Below are positions 10,125 to 18,289 of a stretch of 64,000 bases of DNA, in pieces. The notes under the pieces are model-generated. The model saw only the letters and a list, made by a program, of their open reading frames with translations. It was not told the origin of the DNA and did no database searches. The translations under genes were made by a program, and so were the position numbers. Each line of letters begins with the position of its first letter. Position 1 is the stretch's first letter. The stretch is from Minisyncoccota bacterium (lineage in GTDB: Bacteria > Patescibacteriota > Minisyncoccia > Phycocordibacterales > CALRHW01), in contig JAXLZT010000001.1 in assembly GCA_046350795.1 (NCBI GenBank), positions 245,780-309,779 of the forward strand, given 5' to 3'.

Positions 10125-11455
10125 TGTATAAACAAAAAACAATGAAAAAACCAGAAAATGATGTAATGGAAAAGATAGTCTCTCTTTGTAAAAGAAGGGG
10201 ATTTATATACCAGGGTTCAGAGATATACGGTGGTTTGGCTGGTACATGGGATTACGGCCCACTTGGCGTGACTCTAAAAAATAATATAAAAAACCTTTGG
10301 TGGAATAGGTTTGTCGATAGTCGCACCGATATGTATGGAGTGGATACTGCCCTTTTAATGAATCCAAAAGTGTGGGAAGCGAGTGGTCATGTCAGTGGTT
10401 TTTCGGATCCTTTGGTAGAGTGTAAAAAATGTAAGCGTCGTTTTCGCGCAGATCATATTGAAGACAAAAATAAATGTCCTGAATGTGAGGGTGAACTCGG
10501 TGAAGAAAAGCAGTTTAACATGATGTTCAAGACTAATGTTGGTGCATCACAGGATGAGTCTTCTGTATCATATCTTCGTCCAGAGACTGCGCAGGGTATG
10601 TTTGTAAATTTCAAAAATGTTCTTGACTCTTTTCATCCTAGACTTCCTTTCGGTCTAGCACAAATAGGTAAGGCTTTTAGAAATGAAATTGCTCCGCGTG
10701 ATTTTGTCTTCCGCACACGTGAGTTTGAACAAATGGAAATAGAATATTTTGTGCGCGAGAATGATTGGAAAAAAGAGTTTGAAAAATGGCGAGAAGAAAT
10801 GATCTCTTGGATGAAAGATGTCGGTCTTTCAGAAAAAAACATCCATGAGCTCGAAGTGGAAGGTAATGATCTCGCGCACTATTCAAAGCGCACGATTGAT
10901 TTTGAATACGATTTTCCTTTTGGTCGCAAAGAGCTTTATGGCCTTGCGTATCGCACGGATTTTGATTTGAAAAATCACAGTGAGGCAAGTGGCACAGATC
11001 TCTCATACTACGAAGAAGAGTCAAAAGAAAGATTTACTCCTCATGTCATAGAGCCGACTTTTGGTGTAGATAGGACAATACTTGCTGTACTTTCTGAAGC
11101 GTATACAGAAGACGAGCTTGGTGGTGAGGGCGAGACTCGTGTGTATCTCAAGCTCCCAGCACATATTGCACCTGTAAAAGTTGCCGTTTTTCCTTTACTT
11201 AAAAATAAGCCGGCTCTAATAGAAAAAGCAAAAGAAGTCTTTGCACAGCTTAAATCGACTTATGGCGCTGTGGTATTTGATGACAATGGAAACATAGGTA
11301 AGAGATATCGACGTCAGGATGAAATAGGTACTCCGTATTGTGTGACTGTAGACTTTGACACCCTTGAGGACGATACGGTGACTGTGCGCGATAGAGATAC
11401 AGGAAAGCAGTCTCGCGTAAAAATATCTGAGCTATCTGAAGCGATAAAAATCTAG
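10124..11455 (+). CDS. glyQS: glycyl-tRNA synthetase (alpha2 type)
   Basis: The N-terminal FIYQGSEIYGGLAGTWDYGPLG and class II motifs fit GlyRS. The start is GTG at 10124 or ATG at 10142. Confidence 0.9.
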   Translation: MYKQKTMKKPENDVMEKIVSLCKRRGFIYQGSEIYGGLAGTWDYGPLGVTLKNNIKNLWWNRFVDSRTDMYGVDTALLMNPKVWEASGHVSGFSDPLVECKKCKRRFRADHIEDKNKCPECEGELGEEKQFNMMFKTNVGASQDESSVSYLRPETAQGMFVNFKNVLDSFHPRLPFGLAQIGKAFRNEIAPRDFVFRTREFEQMEIEYFVRENDWKKEFEKWREEMISWMKDVGLSEKNIHELEVEGNDLAHYSKRTIDFEYDFPFGRKELYGLAYRTDFDLKNHSEASGTDLSYYEEESKERFTPHVIEPTFGVDRTILAVLSEAYTEDELGGEGETRVYLKLPAHIAPVKVAVFPLLKNKPALIEKAKEVFAQLKSTYGAVVFDDNGNIGKRYRRQDEIGTPYCVTVDFDTLEDDTVTVRDRDTGKQSRVKISELSEAIKI

Positions 11456-11467
11456 TATTATATTGCT

Positions 11468-12526
11468 ATGGGAAAAGAAAGAAATGATGTCACCCTGCAT
11501 ATCGGCACGGGGACTATTATAAAGGTAATAGTGATTTCTGTTTTGTTTGTTGTGCTTTTTTTGCTTCGAGACCTCGTGCTTGTGGTACTTGCAGCTATAG
11601 TAGTAGCTTCATCCATAGAACCAATAACAAGGTGGTTTGTATCAAGGAAAATACCGCGTTTGCCGTCTGTTATGCTTATCTACTTTTCTTTAGCCTTGAT
11701 TTTTATTGGAGGATTTTATTTTTTGATTTTGCCTCTATTAAATGATTCTTCTAGTTTTCTTTCGTCTTTACCGCAATATATAAATCAGGGTTCAGAGTCC
11801 ATACGCGGAAGTAGCTTTGTGCAATCCGAGCCGATATTTCAGCAGATTTCCAGTGGAGTATCGTTGGGTAATTTTGCTGAGCATGGTAACAAAATCCTCG
11901 CTAGTCTGTCTGCTGGTTTTTGGAATACTGTAAGTGTGGTGTTTGGTAGTTTGCTTAGCTTCGTACTTATTATCGTCCTTTCTTTTTATCTTGCTGTGCA
12001 AGAAAACGGTGTTGGAAAATTTTTAAAGATAATTAGTTCTCGTCGATACGAAAACTATATCACCGATCTTTGGAAGAGATCAGAAATAAAAATAGGTCTA
12101 TGGATGCAGGGTCAGCTTTTGCTTGTTGTGATAATAGGTGTGATTGTGTATTTAGGGTTGGCATTGTTTGGAGTGCGACACGCATTACTTTTAGCTGTGT
12201 TGGCTGGAGTTTTTGAGCTTATACCACTTTTCGGTCCTATTTTGGCGGCAATACCAGCAATACTTATTGGTTTTGTGGATGGTGGCTTGTCTATGGGGCT
12301 AATCATTGCTGGTTTTTATCTTGTTGTACAACAATTTGAAAATCAGCTTATATATCCTCTTGTTGTAAAAAAGGTAGTTGGCGTTTCTCCGATAATTGTT
12401 ATTATTGCCCTTGTTGCTGGCGCTCAGCTAGCAGGATTTTTGGGAATGTTACTCTCTGTGCCTCTTGCGGCGATTATCATGGAATTTGTAAATGATTTAG
12501 AGCACGACAAGACCTCATCACAATAA
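11468..12526 (+). CDS. AI-2E family transporter (PerM/UPF0118 permease)
   Basis: 352 aa with multiple TM helices and the typical AI-2E architecture. Confidence 0.65.
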   Translation: MGKERNDVTLHIGTGTIIKVIVISVLFVVLFLLRDLVLVVLAAIVVASSIEPITRWFVSRKIPRLPSVMLIYFSLALIFIGGFYFLILPLLNDSSSFLSSLPQYINQGSESIRGSSFVQSEPIFQQISSGVSLGNFAEHGNKILASLSAGFWNTVSVVFGSLLSFVLIIVLSFYLAVQENGVGKFLKIISSRRYENYITDLWKRSEIKIGLWMQGQLLLVVIIGVIVYLGLALFGVRHALLLAVLAGVFELIPLFGPILAAIPAILIGFVDGGLSMGLIIAGFYLVVQQFENQLIYPLVVKKVVGVSPIIVIIALVAGAQLAGFLGMLLSVPLAAIIMEFVNDLEHDKTSSQ

Positions 12527-12546
12527 AATACTAAATAAGCAATAAA

Positions 12547-14007
12547 ATGTCTGAAAGAAATTTATACATTACGACGACTCTGCCGTACGTCAATTCAGAT
12601 CCTCATGTTGGATTTGCCCTAGAGATAGTACATGCAGATATTATGGCTCGCTACAAAAAACTGTGCGGTTTTGATGTGTTTTTTAATACAGGAACGGATG
12701 AGCATGGTTCAAAAGTTCATGCAAAAGCTTTGGAGAATGGTAAAGATCCTCAGGAATACGTAAATGAATATGCAGAAAAGTTTAAGGGTTTAAAAAAAGT
12801 ACTCGGTCTTTCAGAGGATATAAATTTTATACGCACTACAGATGAATTTCATAAAAAATCAGCGCAGGCTTTTTGGAAAAAATGTGCTGACAATGGATAC
12901 ATTTACAAGAAAAATTACAAGATGAAATATTGTGTTGGTTGTGAGCTAGAAAAAACAGATTCAGAGCTTGTTGATGGAAAATGTCCGATACATCCCAATA
13001 CCGAACTCCAGCTTATAGAAGAGGAAAACTATTTTTTCAAATTTAGTGATTTTCAGGAGAGACTTTTGAAACTATATGAAGACAGGCCGGATTTTGTGCT
13101 GTCGTCATCTCGTTTTAATGAAATAAAATCTTTTGTGTCTCGTGGACTAGAAGATTTTAGTATTTCACGTCTCAAATCAAAAATGCCTTGGGGTGTGCCT
13201 GTGCCAGGGGATGATGAACAGGTGATGTATGTTTGGTTTGATGCTCTTGTAAACTATGTCTCAGCTATTGGTTGGCCAGATGATATGGAGAAATTTAATA
13301 AATATTGGCCGGTAGTGCAGTTTGCTGGAAAAGACAATCTTCGTCAGCAATCAGCAATGTGGCAAGCGATGCTTATGGCCGCCGACATTGAGCCATCAAA
13401 GCAAATAGTCATCCACGGTTTTATAAACAGTGGAGGACAAAAAATGTCTAAATCACTTGGAAATGTCATAAATCCTTACGATGTTGTATCTGAATACGGC
13501 ACGGACGCTTTGAGATATTTTCTCGCTCGAGAAATGAATACGTTTGAGGACAGTGATTTTACAATGGAAAAATTTAAAGAGAGCTACAATGCCAATCTGG
13601 CAAATGGTATTGGTAACCTAACTAGTAGAATAATGAAGATGGCGGAGACTCATCTAGAGTCGAGTGGACTTTCAACGCCAGATAGTTTTAATGCACTTCT
13701 ACATTTACAAAGTGAGGAGGGAAAAGAATATAAAGAAGCTTTGGATTCTTTTGATATAAAAAAAGCATCTGACATTATTTGGAGAGAAATAAAACAAACT
13801 GACGCTTTTATTCAGAGTGAACAGCCGTTCAAATTAATAAAAATGGATTTGGAAAAAGGCAAAACGCAGATTAAGAGATTTGTTGTCTATCTTGCTCGCA
13901 TAGCTGTAATGCTCGAGCCTGTTTTACCCGACACTGCGCAAAAAATAAAAGATGCAATAAAAGCAAATGCAATGCCCAGCGCACCACTTTTTGCTCGTAA
14001 AGACTAA
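12547..14007 (+). CDS. metG: methionyl-tRNA synthetase (minimal form)
   Basis: It has the HIGH-like PYVNSDPHVGF and KMSKSLGN motifs. Confidence 0.9.
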   Translation: MSERNLYITTTLPYVNSDPHVGFALEIVHADIMARYKKLCGFDVFFNTGTDEHGSKVHAKALENGKDPQEYVNEYAEKFKGLKKVLGLSEDINFIRTTDEFHKKSAQAFWKKCADNGYIYKKNYKMKYCVGCELEKTDSELVDGKCPIHPNTELQLIEEENYFFKFSDFQERLLKLYEDRPDFVLSSSRFNEIKSFVSRGLEDFSISRLKSKMPWGVPVPGDDEQVMYVWFDALVNYVSAIGWPDDMEKFNKYWPVVQFAGKDNLRQQSAMWQAMLMAADIEPSKQIVIHGFINSGGQKMSKSLGNVINPYDVVSEYGTDALRYFLAREMNTFEDSDFTMEKFKESYNANLANGIGNLTSRIMKMAETHLESSGLSTPDSFNALLHLQSEEGKEYKEALDSFDIKKASDIIWREIKQTDAFIQSEQPFKLIKMDLEKGKTQIKRFVVYLARIAVMLEPVLPDTAQKIKDAIKANAMPSAPLFARKD

Positions 14008-14025
14008 AATACGTTCTACAAATTT

Positions 14026-14793
14026 ATGCCAGAATTTATAGACATACACTGCCATACAAATTTTCCTGAATATGATGCCGATCGCGATGAGACAGTTTCT
14101 CGTGCTCTTAAAAAAAATATTTGGATGATAAACGTGGGTACCGATAAAGAATCTTCTTCTTCGGCGGTGGAGCTGACTGGTAAGTACAGTGAAGGTGTAT
14201 ATGCAGTTGTTGGGCAACATCCTACAAATACCGAAGAATCTTTTGATTATGATTTTTATAAAAATCTAGCTCAAAATCCAAAAGTGGTGGCGATAGGAGA
14301 GTGTGGTCTTGATTATTTCCGTGCAGATCCAAAAACCGCTGAGCATCAGAAAAAAGTTTTTCAGGCACAAATAGATTTAGCAAAAGAATTGAACAAACCA
14401 CTGATGCTCCACATTAGAAATGCTTACAAGGACGCTTATGAAATTTTAAAAGCAAATCCTGGAGTACATGGTAACGTCCATTTTTTCGCCGGCACTATAG
14501 ATGAAGCAAAAATGTTCTTAAGTCTCGGTTTCACACTATCTTTCACGGGTGTTATTACGTTTGCACGTGATTATGATGAGGTTATACGTTATATACCGCT
14601 AGATATGCTCATGAGTGAGACAGATGCGCCATACGTCGCTCCAGCGCCCCATAGAGGCAAAAGGAATGAACCATCCTACGTAGACGAGGTTGTAAAAAAG
14701 ATAGCTGAAATAAGGGGTGAGGATGTGGGGATTGTTAAAAAAGCTATAATTTCAAACGCAAATAGGCTTTTTGGCTTTAGCACTTCTTTATAA
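14026..14793 (+). CDS. tatD: TatD family hydrolase
   Basis: It has IDIHCH, GECGLDY and the TatD metal-binding pattern. Confidence 0.85.
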   Translation: MPEFIDIHCHTNFPEYDADRDETVSRALKKNIWMINVGTDKESSSSAVELTGKYSEGVYAVVGQHPTNTEESFDYDFYKNLAQNPKVVAIGECGLDYFRADPKTAEHQKKVFQAQIDLAKELNKPLMLHIRNAYKDAYEILKANPGVHGNVHFFAGTIDEAKMFLSLGFTLSFTGVITFARDYDEVIRYIPLDMLMSETDAPYVAPAPHRGKRNEPSYVDEVVKKIAEIRGEDVGIVKKAIISNANRLFGFSTSL

Positions 14794-14850
14794 TTTATTG
14801 ACCTTTTGTATGTTGCAATAACCAAGCACATATGATAACCTAATCGCTAC

Positions 14851-15354
14851 ATGTCTACAGAAGAAAAAGTAAATAAAACAGCAAAAGAAGGCAACCTTGT
14901 TTATGAGGTTGGTTTTCTATTACTTCCTACATTACCAGAAGAAAAGATGCCTGAAATAATGGCTAATATAAAGGGTATTATAGAAAAAAGTGGTGGTGAG
15001 ATTATCTCCGAAGAAGCTCCAAAAATGCGACCACTTGCTTATGAAATGTCTAAGTTGATACAGACAAAGAATACTTCTTTTGATCACGCATATTTTGGAT
15101 GGGTAAAATTTGAAATCGAGTCAGCAGAACTTTCTTCTGTAAAAAAATCTATCGAGTCTATGGACGAAATCCTTCGCGCTCTTTTTATAAAAACTATTCG
15201 AGAGAGTACTCTAATGTCAGGAAAGGTAAGTGAAAGAGATGCTCAAAAGACAAAAGCTGAAGATGAGGCAGTAGAATCTCCTGTCGAAGAAAACACAGCT
15301 CCTGCTAGTGAAGAAGAGATTGATAAAAGTATAGAAGCTCTTGTGGTAAATTAA
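14851..15354 (+). CDS. rpsF: 30S ribosomal protein S6
   Basis: It has S6-like sequence and sits in the conserved rpsF-ssb-rpsR order. Confidence 0.65.
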   Translation: MSTEEKVNKTAKEGNLVYEVGFLLLPTLPEEKMPEIMANIKGIIEKSGGEIISEEAPKMRPLAYEMSKLIQTKNTSFDHAYFGWVKFEIESAELSSVKKSIESMDEILRALFIKTIRESTLMSGKVSERDAQKTKAEDEAVESPVEENTAPASEEEIDKSIEALVVN

Positions 15355-15360
15355 AAAATT

Positions 15361-15813
15361 ATGTATTTAAACAAAGCACTTATTATCGGTAATCTCGTTC
15401 GTGACCCTGAAGTAAAATCTTTACCATCTGGTATACAAGTAGCCACTTTCAGTGTTGCGACCAACAGAGTTTGGAAAGATAAAAATGGGGCAAAGCAAGA
15501 AAATACTGATTATCACAACGTAGTGGTTTTTGGAAGACAAGCAGAGACTACAGGGCAGTATTTAAAAAAAGGCAGCTCAGTACTCGTAGAGGGTAGAATG
15601 CAAACACGAAGCTGGGACGCTCAGGATGGTACAAAAAAATACCGCACAGAGATAGTCGCAGATAGAATACAGTTTGGTCCTAGACGTGAAGGTGGTGCAG
15701 GGGCTAGCGCAAATGCAGACAAAGCAGGAGATAGTGCACCGGCCGCAAAGGAGGCTCTAGACACGATCGAGTATCCTTCAGAAGAAATCAATCCAGACGA
15801 TATACCATTTTAA
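15361..15813 (+). CDS. ssb: single-stranded DNA-binding protein
   Basis: It has an OB-fold SSB sequence and an acidic C-terminal DDIPF tail. Confidence 0.85.
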   Translation: MYLNKALIIGNLVRDPEVKSLPSGIQVATFSVATNRVWKDKNGAKQENTDYHNVVVFGRQAETTGQYLKKGSSVLVEGRMQTRSWDAQDGTKKYRTEIVADRIQFGPRREGGAGASANADKAGDSAPAAKEALDTIEYPSEEINPDDIPF

Positions 15814-15836
15814 GAAATTAAATAATAAGAAAATTT

Positions 15837-16040
15837 ATGCAGAAACAATGTTTTTTCACTCAGAATAATATAAAGGTAATCGACTACAAAGATGTCGATA
15901 TCTTAAAGAAATTCCTAAATCCTCATGGCCGTATCATGGCAAAAAAGAGGACAGGAGTGTCTTCAAAGTATCAGCGTCAGCTCGCTACTGCTATAAAGCG
16001 AGCAAGATTCATGGGTCTTCTACCGTTTGTTTCTCGCTAA
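15837..16040 (+). CDS. rpsR: 30S ribosomal protein S18
   Basis: It has S18 motifs (RTGVSSKYQRQLATAIKRARFMGLLPF). Confidence 0.85.
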   Translation: MQKQCFFTQNNIKVIDYKDVDILKKFLNPHGRIMAKKRTGVSSKYQRQLATAIKRARFMGLLPFVSR

Positions 16041-16048
16041 GTTCAACG

Positions 16049-16149
16049 CAAAAACATCATTTGAAAAGCACGCGTCAATCCCTGCTGGGATTGCTGCTCC
16101 GCTCGGCGCCGTCGCGCCTGCGCGAGTCTTTCCAAATGATGTTTTTTGC
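16049..16149 (+). repeat. family-B structured repeat element, copy B1
   Basis: The core GCACGCGTCAATCCCTGCTGGGATTGCTGCTCCGCTCGGCGCCGTCGCGCCTGCGCGAG is flanked by the inverted repeat CAAAAACATCATTTGAAAAG/TCTTTCCAAATGATGTTTTT. It starts 9 nt after the rpsR stop. Confidence 0.8.
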
Positions 16150-16165
16150 TGTAAATCTAATTAAT

Positions 16166-16268
16166 AAAACAAAATACCTAAAAAGGGGGTCGCGAGGCTG
16201 TCGAGCCGAGCGTTTCAGGCTTTTTTAAGCTTCAAAAAAGCCGTACCCTTTTAGGTATTTTGTTTTAA
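16166..16268 (+). repeat. family-A structured repeat element, copy A1
   Basis: The conserved core GGGGGTCGCGAGGCTGTCGAGCCGAGCGTTTCAGGCTTTTTTAAGCTTCAAAAAAGCCGTACCC is embedded in a copy-specific inverted repeat AAAATACCTAAAAAG/CTTTTAGGTATTTT followed by a T-run. It lies between rpsR and efp. Confidence 0.8.
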
Positions 16269-16828
16269 TTAACTCTATCTGTATACTCTCCAGTCTCAGT
16301 ATTTATCCTCAAAATATCTCCTTCTTTTACAAACATTGGCACAGTCACACTTGCACCCGTTTCTACTTTTACAGTTTTATTTCCACCTCGAGCCGTATCA
16401 CCACGCACAGCAGGGAAAGCTTCTGTTACTTTCAAATCCACTTTGATAGGTATTTTAATTCCGATTATCTTTTCATCAAACACAAGAGCGGGGACTATGG
16501 AGTTTGGTTTTAGAAATTGCATTCCAGGGCCAAGTAAATCTGCACTGAGCTCAAATCTGTCACTAGGCTTTGCTGGATCGCAAAACCAAAACGCACCTTT
16601 ATTTGTGTAAAGATATTTAACGTCTTTTGTAGAGATGTCAGCTTCTTCTACTTTTTCTGAGACGTGAAAAGAGACCTCGGCCACTTTACCAGTGATTAGG
16701 TTTTTCATTTTTACAGCGTTTACTGGCTTGCGCTGTTGTTTGCGGAAAACGTGTGAATGAATCACTTCGTACGGAGCACCTTCGTAAACAATAAACTTTC
16801 TTTCTACTATTTCGTTATATTCCAACAT
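16265..16828 (-). CDS. efp: elongation factor P
   Basis: A 187-aa EF-P with the KPG loop region. Confidence 0.9.
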   Translation of the reverse strand: MLEYNEIVERKFIVYEGAPYEVIHSHVFRKQQRKPVNAVKMKNLITGKVAEVSFHVSEKVEEADISTKDVKYLYTNKGAFWFCDPAKPSDRFELSADLLGPGMQFLKPNSIVPALVFDEKIIGIKIPIKVDLKVTEAFPAVRGDTARGGNKTVKVETGASVTVPMFVKEGDILRINTETGEYTDRVN

Positions 16829-16871
16829 AATACAGACGAGTCTAACCCAATAAAAGAAAAAAGGGAAGTAG

Positions 16872-17882
16872 CTAGGCCACCTCTGCTATTTTTTTGCGTA
16901 TTTCACCTAATATTTTGTCAGCTTCTTTTGGATTTTCTCGTAGGTACTGACGAGTAGAATCATATCCTCGACCAAGCTTTGTTTCACCATATGAGTAGCT
17001 AGAGCCACTTTTGCTTATGAGACCGTATTTTTCCCCAAGAGCGATGATTTCTCCTTCGCGAGATATACCTTCGTTGTACATGAGATCAAACTCTGTCTGG
17101 CGGAAAGGAGCGGCGACTTTGTTTTTTACTACCTTTGCGCGTATGCGTGAGCCCATGACCTCCTCGCCCTTTTTGATCTGGGCAATGCGACGGATGTCTA
17201 TGCGTACAGAAGTGTAAAACTTTAATGCTTTACCTCCAGGAGTAGTCTCTGGATTGCCAAACATTACTCCTATTTGCATTCTTATTTGGTTGATGAAAAT
17301 AACAATTGTCTTGCTCTTTGCGACTATTGCTGTGAGTTTGCGTAGGGCTTGTGACATGAGGCGTGCTTGTTTACCTACATGATGTGCTCCCATGTCTCCC
17401 TCTATTTCATCTTTTGGTGTCAGCGCTGCTACAGAGTCTATGACTATTACATCTATCTTTCCAGATCGTACGAGGCTTTCAGTGATCTCTAGAGCTTGTT
17501 CTCCAGTATCAGGCTGGGAAATGAGTAGCTCTTCTATTTTCACACCAAGCTTTTTTGAATACTCAGGATCCATAGCGTGCTCTGCATCTATAAACGCACA
17601 CACGCCACCCTTTTTTTGTGCTTCTGCTATGACATGTAGTGAAAGGGTAGTTTTACCAGATGACTCTGGTCCAAATATTTCTACTATTCTACCGCGAGGT
17701 AAACCTCCTACGCCAAGCGCTGCGTCTAGACCGATAGATCCTGTAGACACTGCGTCTATGTGTACGCGAGGTTTTTCACCAAGCTTCATTATCGAATCGT
17801 CTCCAAACTTATTTTTAATCTCTCTAAGTGCGTCCTCGATTTTTAAACCGTTTTCCTTTGGTATTTTTTCTTTTTTTGCCAT
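16872..17882 (-). CDS. recA: recombinase RecA
   Basis: It has Walker [10 protein letters not shown] and the RecA L1/L2 regions. Confidence 0.95.
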   Translation of the reverse strand: MAKKEKIPKENGLKIEDALREIKNKFGDDSIMKLGEKPRVHIDAVSTGSIGLDAALGVGGLPRGRIVEIFGPESSGKTTLSLHVIAEAQKKGGVCAFIDAEHAMDPEYSKKLGVKIEELLISQPDTGEQALEITESLVRSGKIDVIVIDSVAALTPKDEIEGDMGAHHVGKQARLMSQALRKLTAIVAKSKTIVIFINQIRMQIGVMFGNPETTPGGKALKFYTSVRIDIRRIAQIKKGEEVMGSRIRAKVVKNKVAAPFRQTEFDLMYNEGISREGEIIALGEKYGLISKSGSSYSYGETKLGRGYDSTRQYLRENPKEADKILGEIRKKIAEVA

Positions 17883-17883
17883 G

Positions 17884-18270
17884 TTAATTTATTTTCTGCG
17901 ATGTTATCAATCCAAGAGATTTATTTTGGTTGAGCACTAGCTCGAGCATTTTTTCTGTGTGTCTGCCAAATTTATCCTCTGCGGAAAGCTTGATTATATT
18001 ATAGCCGGGGGAGAGGAGCAATTTTTCATTAAATACACCCTCCTTGTCTACTGTGATGGCTCTGTCATTTATACTTATTGATGAAATGTTTTGAGCCATA
18101 CCTTTTATTTCTATCAAAGGATTTTCTATTGCAGAGCCATCTGTTGGCTCAAAAATCTCGAGTATCGGTCCACGTATAATATTGCGAGCCTCGTAAAGAG
18201 AATAACCACCAATAAAAATCACCATAGCGATCAATGAAGTTATTTTTATGGTTTTCTTAATGTTGGTCAT
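17884..18270 (-). CDS. hypothetical membrane-anchored protein
   Basis: 128 aa with an N-terminal TM helix. It lies in an operon position between ftsK and recA. Confidence 0.4.
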   Translation of the reverse strand: MTNIKKTIKITSLIAMVIFIGGYSLYEARNIIRGPILEIFEPTDGSAIENPLIEIKGMAQNISSISINDRAITVDKEGVFNEKLLLSPGYNIIKLSAEDKFGRHTEKMLELVLNQNKSLGLITSQKIN

Positions 18271-18289
18271 CTCGTATATAAATTATACC

